From a virus, in the UHGV virus genome UHGV-0167633: DNA of 64,000 nucleotides; one strand, given 5' to 3'. Positions 19,986 to 30,083 of this stretch are shown here, one piece after another. The translations under genes were made by a program, and so were the position numbers. The notes under the pieces are model-generated. The model was not told the DNA's origin, made no database searches, and worked only from the letters and a program-made list of their open reading frames with translations. Within the stretch, counting starts at the first letter, position 1. The number at the start of each line of letters is the position of its first letter.

Positions 19986-20495
19986 TTAATCCCACTCAAT
20001 CCAGTTGTAGACGATACGAAGTGACGGGCGCACAGCGGCAGTCACATCTTCGGTACTAAAGTCGATTGCATCACTGTAGATTTTGCAGTCCAACATTTCA
20101 ATTGTTGTAGCAGCTTTTGTCACAGCGTTAACCCCGGAAGATTTGGATTCAGGGGTAGCAGCCATCGTGATATCAACATAGTCCTTCGCCGCAATGCGAT
20201 CTTTAATGAACTGAAGAATATCGCCTTCGATAGTCTCCACGCACTGGACCTGGACTTCCCCAGAGTTTCGAATTGGACCGTGCTGGTTGAACTTCACACC
20301 ATTCGGACCATAGTCCTCCACATCCTCGCGGGTCATTTCAGGAATTTGCGACGTGCGAACCAGTACGCTGATATCTTCATGGCCTGCAAAAGTGAGCTGG
20401 AATTCAGAAGATACCAGTCGTTCGCCTTTGGCCGCGTTGGCAGTATAGCGGCCCTTAATAAATTTACGGTTTCCCTTAGTGTTATTGTGCCCCAT
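19986..20495 (-). CDS. virion structural protein (tail tube or baseplate-like)
   Basis: 169-aa ORF in late operon downstream of sheath-like gene. Confidence 0.4.
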   Translation of the reverse strand: MGHNNTKGNRKFIKGRYTANAAKGERLVSSEFQLTFAGHEDISVLVRTSQIPEMTREDVEDYGPNGVKFNQHGPIRNSGEVQVQCVETIEGDILQFIKDRIAAKDYVDITMAATPESKSSGVNAVTKAATTIEMLDCKIYSDAIDFSTEDVTAAVRPSLRIVYNWIEWD

Positions 20496-20506
20496 ATAAA
20501 ATCCTT

Positions 20507-21088
20507 TTACTGGAACGCCCGAACAATATCGGAGCTGTTATATATCGAAGAACCGGTCAACTGGAGGTTGACGGTGTTTTTCAGGAAAAATCCATTACTG
20601 TCCCTTGGCGCATCGAGATCAAAACTTAAGTCCTGGATAGCGACATCGGTGATGTTGATCCGGCGACCAATGTTTAGCGTCACACGCTCCGGGATTCGAC
20701 CACCAACATTGGCCGCTTTTAGTTCCGGGCTAATCATGGCTGTCAACGCGGCGATAGCGCCTGAAACTTCAATGAATGGATTGTTCAAAGCAATGAAAGT
20801 TACGGGCAGCGTGAACGTCGGCGGTGTCCCCCCTTCCCAAACCATTAAGCTATTCCAACGGGCAACCGACGTTGTTTCAGTACCTACTTGCACAAAACCC
20901 CCCAGAGCACCAGAAACAGACCCCATGGACATACCGGTAAACGGCGCTTCCCAATTCTGGGCCATGTTCATTGCTGCCCCCTGGCTGATATATCCGGTAA
21001 CCTGGTACTGAGAGTTCGTTAAAGTAACTTTCAGATATGGCGATACACCGTCAGCCTGGCTGTAAACCCCATAAGCTATAGGAGCCAT
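20507..21088 (-). CDS. virion structural protein
   Basis: 193-aa ORF, 11-nt spacing to next gene. Confidence 0.4.
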   Translation of the reverse strand: MAPIAYGVYSQADGVSPYLKVTLTNSQYQVTGYISQGAAMNMAQNWEAPFTGMSMGSVSGALGGFVQVGTETTSVARWNSLMVWEGGTPPTFTLPVTFIALNNPFIEVSGAIAALTAMISPELKAANVGGRIPERVTLNIGRRINITDVAIQDLSFDLDAPRDSNGFFLKNTVNLQLTGSSIYNSSDIVRAFQ

Positions 21089-21123
21089 TCAAGTTAAAGG
21101 CCGGAGTTCTCCGGCCTCCTCCT

Positions 21124-21939
21124 TTAGCCAAGGCGCTTACGGCGCAGTTTCATTGACTTTTTGCGGGCAAGTTTTGCCGCGCCGGTCTGGGCTTTTCGAC
21201 GCGCTTTTTTCAGCGCCGATTTTTGAGCCGCAGTCAGACGTTTTTTACGCAGGCGTTTACGGATGAGTTTGATCTCACCGTTACGAACAACCTTCTTAAA
21301 TGCTTCAGTCAGCATTTCATCAGAAGTGCCAGCAACAACAAACGCCGCTTCCAGTTCGTCGCGGTCGTCGCTATCTAAACCAGCGATAGAGGCACCAACA
21401 TCAGCAGCTGCGTCGTCGTCTTCATCGTCAGCCAGTGCTTCGATCAGATCATCATCTACACCGCATGCTGCGAGGAAGTCAGCAACATTTGCCCATGCTT
21501 CGTTATAGGCATCGTCCTGTTCTTCTGTAACTTCGGAGTCGTCGTCATCAGAGATACCAGCGATAGCCTGAACGAAACCATCAAGGGAGTCGAAAGTCAG
21601 ATCACCGCTATCAGCCCAGGCGAAAACGGCGTCGGCCGCATCACTCAACGCATTCTGCATAGCACTTCGATTTGCAGCTTCCAGAATCATCTGGTGCGCC
21701 TGTTCGACGGTCCATTCTTTACCTTCTTTCCCTTCCAGGATTTGCTCAGGAGCCGGATCAGATGGAACGTTATCGTTAGTCTGTGCCGCCGGTTCCGGAT
21801 TATTATTAATAACCGGATCTGTTGGCGGTTCGGCGCTTGCTCGGGCAGACTCCATCAGCTGCACAGGATCAGAGTTCAAAGCGAAACGGGACAGTCCATT
21901 CCCCAAAAATGCCCCGGATTGAAAAAAGTTTTTGCTCAT
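21124..21939 (-). CDS. virion-associated protein with acidic N-terminal half and highly basic C-terminal tail
   Basis: 271-aa ORF; D/E-rich N-terminus, C-terminus KLIRKRLRKKR...RKRLG. Confidence 0.4.
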   Translation of the reverse strand: MSKNFFQSGAFLGNGLSRFALNSDPVQLMESARASAEPPTDPVINNNPEPAAQTNDNVPSDPAPEQILEGKEGKEWTVEQAHQMILEAANRSAMQNALSDAADAVFAWADSGDLTFDSLDGFVQAIAGISDDDDSEVTEEQDDAYNEAWANVADFLAACGVDDDLIEALADDEDDDAAADVGASIAGLDSDDRDELEAAFVVAGTSDEMLTEAFKKVVRNGEIKLIRKRLRKKRLTAAQKSALKKARRKAQTGAAKLARKKSMKLRRKRLG

Positions 21940-21948
21940 TGTATTCCC

Positions 21949-23538
21949 TTACTTAATAAGCAGCGGTACGCCCTGGATACGACGGGCTACGCCAGTCGGG
22001 CAGCAGGCCCAGACTACTTCCCATTTATCGAATTCCGCCTGCGTAACTTTCAGCACATACGGTTCTGTACCGTCAGCATCAGGATCACGAGGAGCCACCA
22101 GAGCGCCGGAGGCGACAAAGCGATCCAAAAGTTTGGTCATCCCTTTAGTCAGACCAGCGGCAGTAATACCGTCAGGGCTATGCTTCATCTGGCGGGCTAA
22201 CTGGACAAAGAAACGGCTGATTGCATTCATCAGGGATGGGACGTGCTGGAAGTGCAGATAGTTATCCTGCGTGCAGCAAGTTAAAGCATCGTCGATGATC
22301 ATCTGGCCAGAGGTGCCAACAGATACTTTATTGAGGCGGCCCTTAACCATTGCTTCTTCGTCCGGGGTATCTTCCGGATACAGCGGTTGAATTGACGCAC
22401 GAGCAATGACGGCACGTTCTTCACCAGCCGGTGAGTAATGCCAACCGCCGACATCAGAGTTTTTCTTGACGCCACGAGCTTTCGCCGCATACGCCGCGCC
22501 AGACAGACCGAAGACCACACGGGATTGGGTCCATTTGTCTTTGCAGGAGAACGGGAAGTGATAGACAGCACAGCTTACATAATCGGTACCAAGTAAACCG
22601 GTATCTTCAACAGCAGAGAGCGCTTCCGTATACGTCAATGTCGGTTTGACATCAAAGAAGCCATCAATCAGGCGATCAGAACAGATATTACCTAACGCGG
22701 TGATCGCCGCATTGTCATAGCAACCCAGGCCGAGAACAGCGGTGTACATGTACGGCGCATTGTTCAGCACCTTAACCGCACGCAGGTAGGCTTCGGTGGA
22801 GATTTTCGACTGATCGCCGTTGGTACCGCCAGTGAACGCCAGTGATTTTTTATTTGTTACTTTCGCGGTCGAAATCAGCTCTTCATTAACAACCGCGCGC
22901 AGATATTTAGAACGGGCTTCCAAAGCCGTAGGCAGATAACACAAGCGGCCCATGTCATCTTTCGCTTCTTCCGCCAAAGACACAGTGTGTGTCTCCAGGG
23001 TCGTTACCACACCGAGCGAAGTCGTCTGGGTCAGTTTTAAGAGGAAGCGTTCATTACCTGCGCTGTCCGCTGTTGCCGTTTCGATGGTTAACTCACGGGT
23101 AGGTGAAATACACGGATCACCATCATCAACGTAGATAGCAAAGGCTTCGCCGCTATCAAGTTCAATTTCAGAACCGTATGGCAACGCACTGTAAGCCGGT
23201 TCGCCTGATTCATCGAACATAATAATCGGGAACTTAGCATCATCCGGAACAGCACGAACAACATAACCAGACGTTTGCTGAATAGCTTCGTACACATGAC
23301 GAATTGGTTCGAACTGTGAGCCGGAAGACGGCTTCAGCGGTTCGCCGAGAACATCTTCGTAATTGGACTCAGTAACCGCCAGAACAGTAAACGGCTTGCC
23401 ACGCGCAAATACGCCAATACCAGCCCACAAGCTGCTATTTAATGCAACACCGGTAGATAACGTCGCATCGGCATTGATCGGGCTAACCGCGACGCCGGAT
23501 GCATTACCTAATGACTGTTGAATTGAATATTGAGACAT
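21949..23538 (-). CDS. large virion protein (tail sheath-like, P1 gene 22 position)
   Basis: 529-aa ORF adjacent to capsid-like gene; assignment by size and position only. Confidence 0.4.
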   Translation of the reverse strand: MSQYSIQQSLGNASGVAVSPINADATLSTGVALNSSLWAGIGVFARGKPFTVLAVTESNYEDVLGEPLKPSSGSQFEPIRHVYEAIQQTSGYVVRAVPDDAKFPIIMFDESGEPAYSALPYGSEIELDSGEAFAIYVDDGDPCISPTRELTIETATADSAGNERFLLKLTQTTSLGVVTTLETHTVSLAEEAKDDMGRLCYLPTALEARSKYLRAVVNEELISTAKVTNKKSLAFTGGTNGDQSKISTEAYLRAVKVLNNAPYMYTAVLGLGCYDNAAITALGNICSDRLIDGFFDVKPTLTYTEALSAVEDTGLLGTDYVSCAVYHFPFSCKDKWTQSRVVFGLSGAAYAAKARGVKKNSDVGGWHYSPAGEERAVIARASIQPLYPEDTPDEEAMVKGRLNKVSVGTSGQMIIDDALTCCTQDNYLHFQHVPSLMNAISRFFVQLARQMKHSPDGITAAGLTKGMTKLLDRFVASGALVAPRDPDADGTEPYVLKVTQAEFDKWEVVWACCPTGVARRIQGVPLLIK

Positions 23539-23598
23539 AACTTTCCCTGTTATGCGCCCCGCACGGGGGCGCTATGTTAAACGGAGAACTTCCCCTGA

Positions 23599-25326
23599 TT
23601 ACTCAGAGTCACCGGCATCAATCGTGTCGCCGCTTATGAAGTTAAGCCCGCCTTTTTTGGCCATTGTCAGCGTTACACGAGTGAAGTAATCAGCGCCGTT
23701 GCGTGGGTGCATATCGTTGATAGCCGAACCCCACAGCGTGGTACGGTTGACCAGCGCCGGAGTGGTCGGATGCTGGAACGGGATAGCCGGGACTGCATCA
23801 CCAGTTACGAAGCCCGCTTTGCCCGGATTTTCATCACGGACGTAGCACAGCACATCCATTGGGCTGAACTGGATACCGTCGGCGGTCAGGTTCGTACAAA
23901 TACCTTCTGGTACTTCGAACACTTTGACGTTGCCGAACAGAGTGCCAATGTAGTGGACGTATGGGGTCTGGATGTAATCTTCTGCTGGCTGGAAGAAATC
24001 CTTCGGCAATTGTTTGAAGAAAGATGCCGCATCAGCACCGGCATACATCCCCATCGCACCAGAAGATTTAACACGCTCAATAATACCGCGATATACCGTC
24101 TGGAATTTGCCTCGAACGATAGTTGCCCACACATCAAAGGACTGGTTAGCTGGCAGAGCAATATCAAAGGTGTCGGTCGCAAGAGTGCGCCAGATCATGA
24201 TGCGAAGACGCAGCATATCCTGTTCATGAGACAGGTATTCCTTCAGGGTGCGGAACTGTAGGGAACCCAGGTCCAGACCAAATTCACGCTGTGCTTCATA
24301 CGCCGCCTGTACCGTGTGCTCAGCCGCGATAACGAACTGACTTGGGAACAGGGTGTATTTCTTCATTTCGTGGTTGATCAGCGGGATCAGCTCAGGAGCG
24401 GCTTCAATATTGATTTCCGTCTCAATTGCGATCTCAGTGCCTTTATCCGGCGCTTTGGAGAACGACAGGGCAATCTGACCAATGTTGTAGTTCAGAGAGC
24501 AGGTAACAGTGATTTGCTCACCAGCAGCATTAGTAAACGAGTGAAGTAGGCTGCCGGAACCGTTATCAACAACAGACTTAATACGGTTAACGTAGATGTT
24601 AGTGCGACCTTTTCGGATTGGTACATTCTGGCCTTCGAAGTCTTCCATCTTGAAGGTTGCGGTTTTGCTAGTGCCATCGGAGCTTGCCACCAGCACATAG
24701 CGGCGACGTAACTGGCTGTACACACCGACGGATTGCATGTCCAGAACATCACCAGCAGCATAAGAACCAAAAGAGGAACCTGCCACGTTAAAGACTTCAT
24801 AGATGTCGGACTGGTCACGCGTAACCGGAATGAAGGTACACGCATCAGCGGTAGCTGCCCCCAACTGAACAGGCAGGATCATCGCGAGGAATAAAGGCAG
24901 ACGCATAACACCGTCAGAAACGCTCATCATCTCTGCTGCGACGGATTCCAGCATCGCTTTATTAGTGGCATCCATGCTATTGCGGGTGGACTCAATCAGG
25001 CAGTTTTCCAGCGTCTGGTGGCAGGAGGCCAGAATTTCCGGACGCGGCATAGATTTATGTGCTGCGGCGTAGTCAGCCAGTGCACTTGCCCACGCTGTAG
25101 CGATTTGAGCGGTGGCATTATCAGAGATACCCGCAAAAACCGGGTCTTTACGTGCAGCTTCAAGGATAGATGCGGCACGCGCGGCATCATCTTTAATGAA
25201 TTGGTTATCAGTACCGAACTGCGCAGTGCTTGCCCAGCCAAGCACAGCTTTAGAGCGTTTTGCGATATCTGCAATACGATTCTGGTATTCGCGTAAGTTA
25301 CTCAATTTACTCTTCCTTAAACACAA
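23599..25326 (-). CDS. large virion protein (major head protein-like, P1 gene 23 position)
   Basis: 575-aa ORF next to parS; probable true start is the TTG at 25303-25305, preceded by RBS AAGGAAG. Confidence 0.4.
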   Translation of the reverse strand: MCLRKSKLSNLREYQNRIADIAKRSKAVLGWASTAQFGTDNQFIKDDAARAASILEAARKDPVFAGISDNATAQIATAWASALADYAAAHKSMPRPEILASCHQTLENCLIESTRNSMDATNKAMLESVAAEMMSVSDGVMRLPLFLAMILPVQLGAATADACTFIPVTRDQSDIYEVFNVAGSSFGSYAAGDVLDMQSVGVYSQLRRRYVLVASSDGTSKTATFKMEDFEGQNVPIRKGRTNIYVNRIKSVVDNGSGSLLHSFTNAAGEQITVTCSLNYNIGQIALSFSKAPDKGTEIAIETEINIEAAPELIPLINHEMKKYTLFPSQFVIAAEHTVQAAYEAQREFGLDLGSLQFRTLKEYLSHEQDMLRLRIMIWRTLATDTFDIALPANQSFDVWATIVRGKFQTVYRGIIERVKSSGAMGMYAGADAASFFKQLPKDFFQPAEDYIQTPYVHYIGTLFGNVKVFEVPEGICTNLTADGIQFSPMDVLCYVRDENPGKAGFVTGDAVPAIPFQHPTTPALVNRTTLWGSAINDMHPRNGADYFTRVTLTMAKKGGLNFISGDTIDAGDSE

Positions 25327-25435
25327 GGCACTTGTGTGAATCCCTTTTCGGAAGAGATTTTATTGAAAGTCACTTGTTGACTTTCTCGTGACAAGTAATT
25401 TTTTTATTTTTTTCAGGAGTAGGGGAGGAAGGTAA

Positions 25436-25528
25436 AATTCAAGGTGAAATCGTGGCGATTTCACCTTGAAATTTTTGAGGGATCTACTTTAAAAACAGTA
25501 GGTTAATAGTGAAATTTGAATGGCGAAA
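25436..25528. promoter_or_regulatory. parS centromere (ParB box A/B repeats flanking an AT-rich IHF-type spacer)
   Basis: Palindrome GGTGAAATCGTGGCGATTTCACC (heptamer ATTTCAC plus hexamer TCGCCA motifs) and GTGAAATTTGAATGGCGA separated by AT-rich spacer, immediately downstream of parB. Confidence 0.75.
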
Positions 25529-25530
25529 GT

Positions 25531-26532
25531 TTAAGGCTTCGGCTTTTTATCGAGGCTCTTTCTAAGGATATGCCCAATCATCCTGTCGAGTTCTTCCTGT
25601 AACTCTTTTGAAAGTCGATTAAACTCATAAGAAAATGCACGGCCTTTCACGCGCTTCCTTGCAAAGCGATCCTTGTCCTCAAATTTCCATAATTCAGTAA
25701 CTACGGACTTATCTTTAGAACCTTTATCCGTGAGTAGTGAGGCTTCCTTTGTTATCAAGCGCAGGATTTTATTTTTAACTTCATCTTCGGCCATTTCTTC
25801 AATGGATAAGATGTCGTTTATTTCCGGGGATATGTTTTGAATAAGCTGATCAAACTCTAAATTCTTGTTCCCCATTTCGTCGCCAACAGCACAAAGCGTT
25901 TTGTAGTCCGAAAAGGTTAATTCCGACTGCACAGGGAAAAGGGCGACTAATTCTTCCGGAGCACTCGCTGCCTGGAGAGCACGCGTGACCTTCGCCTGAG
26001 ATAGCCCTTCTTTGGCTGCAATATCCTTCTGACTCATCCCATCATTTTTCATTCGCATCAAACGCAGACCTATTTCTCGAATGCTGTGCTGCAATGCTGT
26101 CTGAACGTCTTTCGCTAAATTTTGCGCTTCCTGGACGCTGATCTCCTGGTCCGTGACTAAAACCCGCAACCCTACGTTCTCTAAGATGGCAGAAGCTCGA
26201 CGCCGGGAACCATCCAAAATTTCAATTTTCCCTGTAGCACGTCTAACACCTATTGCAGGGTAAAATTGCTGATGCTTAATAGTGCTTCGGATACTTTTTA
26301 ATGATTTTGGCGTAAGAGATGCCTGGTCACGCCCGTTGTTATGCTGATCAACAAAGGTATCGCTTTCTACCTGGTTCGGAGGTATTACCTCTTCAATAAA
26401 TGTGGCCTGGCGACCAGTTGATAACTTGAATACCTGCTCGACTCGATCGCCAGAGGCTGAAGAACTATCAAATCCGCTTAATATTGAAGGATTAAGGGTT
26501 CGCCCAATTGTTGGTCTGTTTTTCTTTGACAT
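25531..26532 (-). CDS. parB: partition protein ParB
   Basis: 333-aa ORF downstream of parA and adjacent to parS; ParB-like HTH region; same length as P1 ParB. Confidence 0.9.
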   Translation of the reverse strand: MSKKNRPTIGRTLNPSILSGFDSSSASGDRVEQVFKLSTGRQATFIEEVIPPNQVESDTFVDQHNNGRDQASLTPKSLKSIRSTIKHQQFYPAIGVRRATGKIEILDGSRRRASAILENVGLRVLVTDQEISVQEAQNLAKDVQTALQHSIREIGLRLMRMKNDGMSQKDIAAKEGLSQAKVTRALQAASAPEELVALFPVQSELTFSDYKTLCAVGDEMGNKNLEFDQLIQNISPEINDILSIEEMAEDEVKNKILRLITKEASLLTDKGSKDKSVVTELWKFEDKDRFARKRVKGRAFSYEFNRLSKELQEELDRMIGHILRKSLDKKPKP

Positions 26533-26548
26533 GGGGGTTTCTTACTCC

Positions 26549-27745
26549 TCAGTTAGATCTGATAAATTCAATACGGTCAAAAACTGCTTTAGCAAAATCT
26601 TCCGCGGCAATTCGCGCGTTCTTCAATGCATCAGCACTACCAACATACGTTGCCGGGTTAGCTGAAATAACAGTGTCAAAAGACTCGCCGCAACGTTCAA
26701 AACCGTCAAGGCGAGGGAGGACGACATCGAGCATATCCCCACCGAACACTTCTTTAGCCAGGCTATGGCAATACTTATGATCTGCCTTGTTACTCAACTT
26801 GGACATAAAACCAATGTTAGTCGCAAGCTGGCACTCGCAGCCTTCATCCGAAATGAGTTTCACCAACTCAGGAAGGCGGGCAACGTATTTAAGCGATGAG
26901 TGGAAATCGACAGTTGCTGGCGGCAGAGGTGTAAACAGTATATTGGCCGAGGCCAAAGCATTTTTCAGGAAGGCGTCAAGGTGAGGACCACTATCAACGA
27001 GGATAAAGTCATAATCGCTCTTCAGCTTATCAATCACATTTTCTTTCAGGACAGCATGGATGTTCTGACCCGGTAGATGCTCATTGCACAGCTCTCTCCA
27101 ATCGGATGCAATAAAGGCATCGTCAATCGACGCAGGCATAACGTCAACCCCAGGTACAACAGAAGGAACAATAAACTCCTCTAACAGCTCTTCACGGCTT
27201 ACATTCTGCAACATAGCCTGTGCAGATGTTGCGTTTACGATACCAATAGAGTGTTTATGGCTTAAAAACATCGTTGCTGAAGATTGCGGATCAAGGTCAA
27301 TAACCAGAATCCTTAAATCCTCCATAAGAAGATGAGGGTGAGCACGCATTGCATGCGCCAGAGAAACCGTCGATACAGTTTTTGACACACCGCCTTTAAG
27401 ATTGGAGATGAAAATCACATAAGCTTCGCTGTAGCGATCCCGGTATTTTGGCACTCCGCGATGTTCATATATGTCAATGATGTTCTGAATTGACATCGCA
27501 TATTTCATTGAAGAGCCAGCAGGGCGTTTATCGAAAACATAACCCTTTTCTTCCATTTCACTTACGGCATAGTCAACGTTCGCTCGAGTCAGTAGAGGCA
27601 ATTTTGCCAGTGCCGCTTTCGCATAGACCTGGTAAAACTCGTTCGCGTGTAGCTCATCCTTTTGCAACTGTACTTGTTCAGTCAGAACATTGAGCATTCT
27701 GTTTGCTCTTTGAGCAACCTTGTGAAGCTGGCTGGAATCACTCAT
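26549..27745 (-). CDS. parA: partition ATPase ParA (type Ia)
   Basis: 398-aa ORF; deviant Walker A KGGVSKT; N-terminal DNA-binding extension typical of P1-type ParA. Confidence 0.9.
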   Translation of the reverse strand: MSDSSQLHKVAQRANRMLNVLTEQVQLQKDELHANEFYQVYAKAALAKLPLLTRANVDYAVSEMEEKGYVFDKRPAGSSMKYAMSIQNIIDIYEHRGVPKYRDRYSEAYVIFISNLKGGVSKTVSTVSLAHAMRAHPHLLMEDLRILVIDLDPQSSATMFLSHKHSIGIVNATSAQAMLQNVSREELLEEFIVPSVVPGVDVMPASIDDAFIASDWRELCNEHLPGQNIHAVLKENVIDKLKSDYDFILVDSGPHLDAFLKNALASANILFTPLPPATVDFHSSLKYVARLPELVKLISDEGCECQLATNIGFMSKLSNKADHKYCHSLAKEVFGGDMLDVVLPRLDGFERCGESFDTVISANPATYVGSADALKNARIAAEDFAKAVFDRIEFIRSN

Positions 27746-27880
27746 CGAAAGTCATCCTTTATGCTGTATTTTTGAATTTAATTAAAAATGCTGCATAAAA
27801 TAATAATGTATGCGTAGATGCTTGTACATAGCATTCTCTGCATGTTTGGTTCATTTTGCACGATAGAGAGTTGCAAGGAG

Positions 27881-27906
27881 GGCACAAAAAAGCCCCGTTC
27901 AGGGGC
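27881..27906 (-). terminator. rho-independent terminator after the inserted T5orf172-like gene
   Basis: On minus strand GCCCC-TGAAC-GGGGC followed by TTTTTTGTGCC, 8 nt after the stop at 27914. Confidence 0.6.
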
Positions 27907-27913
27907 ATCAGCG

Positions 27914-28723
27914 TTATTTGTTAAGAGCTGCGAATAATCGTTCGAAATCGATAGTATCTATAGCACGCGTTAGCGCCGGAAGTTCAGCCTCAAAGCACCC
28001 GTTTCGATCGTAAAAGAAGGGACCGAAGAGCGAGGCATGTTGGATTCTACTTCGCCCCAGTCCGGACACACAGTTAAGCCCATTACCAGCTAAAAGGCTA
28101 AAAAACTTCTCTGGATTATCGTGGTAAAGCTGGGAATCAATGATGGCGGTTAACTCTTCCATAGGGAAGCACACCCGCCCTGTCTCCCAGGGATATTTAG
28201 TCCGAAGCGTAAACATCGCTTTCAGCAATTCACATTGAGCGCGGATCGCGTCAGGTTCATAGCCAGATATGGAGACATAAGCCACATCCCTCATTCCTGC
28301 GTCATCTTTGAAAGTCACGATAGAAGTAACATCCAGTTCTTTTTCGAAAGAGCGAGCAGCATCTACTGGACGCTGAAGTAAATCATTCGACTTAATTCGC
28401 TCGAGAATCCCTCCCCACATATCATTTAGATATTCGATATGAGCCAAAACCTTATCAAGACACTCTCGTGTAAACCATTCAGTATGCCCGCCACCGGCGC
28501 TTTTCTCCCACGGCGCATTCCAGGGGAAAAAGGTTGCGTGTAAAGCCCGCTCAAGATTAACCATTGCCAAACGCGTACCACGATAGACCCGTGAAAGCGC
28601 AAAATCGGGACTCACTTGTAGCCCTTTAAACCGTGCCAATGGACCACATGAAATGCCGATTTTAAAAGTATCTCCGTTCTCCGGCACCAGAACGTAGAGG
28701 TAGTGTTGTTTCTCTTCTTGCAT
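27914..28723 (-). CDS. T5orf172 / GIY-YIG-like domain protein with unassigned C-terminal domain
   Basis: 269-aa ORF; N-terminus HYLYVLVPENGDTFKIGIS...R...L...GHTEWF fits the T5orf172 pattern; wedged between RepA iterons and parA with own terminator. Confidence 0.5.
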   Translation of the reverse strand: MQEEKQHYLYVLVPENGDTFKIGISCGPLARFKGLQVSPDFALSRVYRGTRLAMVNLERALHATFFPWNAPWEKSAGGGHTEWFTRECLDKVLAHIEYLNDMWGGILERIKSNDLLQRPVDAARSFEKELDVTSIVTFKDDAGMRDVAYVSISGYEPDAIRAQCELLKAMFTLRTKYPWETGRVCFPMEELTAIIDSQLYHDNPEKFFSLLAGNGLNCVSGLGRSRIQHASLFGPFFYDRNGCFEAELPALTRAIDTIDFERLFAALNK

Positions 28724-28755
28724 ATCAATACCACTGCTTGATGAGAACCGCGCAA

Positions 28756-29012
28756 ATGTTGACTATGCGCGAAAGTTAATGTGAATAGTTGACTATGCGC
28801 GATGTGACTACAGTCAAAAGTTGACTGTAGTCGATTTAACTCCACCAAAAATCGACTATGTAAGATATTGTCGGGAGAAACGTTGACTATACGCGATGAA
28901 ATGACCCTAAAAGCCATCTCAATAGCGACTTGCAGAATATTGACGCCAGCAAAAATCCACCAGCGTCAACGAATGTCGCCTATAGTCAACTTCTCGCTAT
29001 CGCATATAGTCA
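28756..29012. repeat. iteron array downstream of repA (incA-like copy-control repeats)
   Basis: About nine copies in both orientations of core TTGACTATRCGCGA / TCGCRYATAGTCAA (e.g. 28756-28770, 28786-28800, 28880-28894, 28972-28989, 28998-29012). Confidence 0.7.
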
Positions 29013-29015
29013 ATA

Positions 29016-29957
29016 TTATGGATTGCGCTTATGGATCTGGAAGCCGATTTTCCTGCCGTTTTTTATCTCTGAAAATTTAAGATATTCAATAGCTTCCAAA
29101 TCTTTCATAGCTTTTCTGATAACGCTATTTTGCACGCTAACGGATGATTTGAGATTAAGCCTTGCTCTAAGGCGCTCAATGCTGACAGGTGCCGGGTTGG
29201 CGGGTAGAGCCTCAAAGAATGTATACAGCACCTTGGCCGTCTCTTTGCGCCCGAGCTTATCCAGCATCTTCAGCTTCAGGATTCGCTTATAGTCAACATA
29301 GTAAAGTTCAGATAGCTGTTTCTGCGGCTGGATCTCGATAACATCAAGCTCGGTATTCAGGCTGCTATATGCCAACAAGTTGACGTTAATGTTATTGAGA
29401 TGACCTTTTGCCGCCGGGAAGCGGAATTTGACAACTGTCTGCTGAATGCGTGTCAGAGAGTCATCAATACTTTTACGGAACGCCTTTGAAAGGCGCTTAC
29501 GTGGATAGCCGCATCGATCGGCAAACTCGGAGAATGGCAGGGTGATTATGCCGTCATCATCAGGTGCGTAGTCAAACAACGCGGAGGTTATGCCCACCCA
29601 CACCTTAAAATCAGTATCCATATCCAGGCGTGGACCATGTATTTCAATTCCCTCATAGCCTTCCTGCTCAACAATTTTGAGGCTTGATAGTTCTTCGGTT
29701 GCGTTCGTTGTGTTTGTAGTAACTGACGATCCGCGACGTAGTGCCACATTGGTAGATTTTAAGGTTGGCACAAACACACCTAAGCGCAACAAAGCGATGG
29801 GTTGTATAGTGCTATTGTTATTGGGTTTCAGGCTGTGGATTTCTCCTGTATTTCCTGCAACTTCTTCAACGCTAAGGAAGCCTTTATTTTCTTCCGGCAT
29901 CGTGGTTTCTCCATATGTGGCGCGGCCTGGCGTCATCTGGATTGCAGTTATCAACAA
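29016..29957 (-). CDS. repA: plasmid replication initiator RepA (iteron-binding)
   Basis: 313-aa ORF flanked by iteron arrays on both sides; winged-helix Rep-type architecture. Confidence 0.85.
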   Translation of the reverse strand: MLITAIQMTPGRATYGETTMPEENKGFLSVEEVAGNTGEIHSLKPNNNSTIQPIALLRLGVFVPTLKSTNVALRRGSSVTTNTTNATEELSSLKIVEQEGYEGIEIHGPRLDMDTDFKVWVGITSALFDYAPDDDGIITLPFSEFADRCGYPRKRLSKAFRKSIDDSLTRIQQTVVKFRFPAAKGHLNNINVNLLAYSSLNTELDVIEIQPQKQLSELYYVDYKRILKLKMLDKLGRKETAKVLYTFFEALPANPAPVSIERLRARLNLKSSVSVQNSVIRKAMKDLEAIEYLKFSEIKNGRKIGFQIHKRNP

Positions 29958-29977
29958 CTGTGAATAGTCAGGCTCTA

Positions 29978-30081
29978 AAATCGCGTACAGTCAATGTTTC
30001 TGTCGCGTATAGTCAACAATAAATCGCGTGCAGTCAACAATAAATCGTGCACAGTCAACATAAAATCGCGTATAGTCAATG
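29978..30081. repeat. iteron array upstream of repA (incC-like origin repeats)
   Basis: Five direct repeats AAATCGCGTRYAGTCAAY at ~21-bp spacing (29978, 30001, 30021, 30042, 30063). Confidence 0.75.
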
Positions 30082-30083
30082 TT

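Noticed and set aside
28756-30081. Possible CRISPR array suggested by the short repeats around repA
   Set aside because: The repeats occur in both orientations with irregular spacing, flank a Rep gene, and there are no cas genes; they are plasmid iterons.
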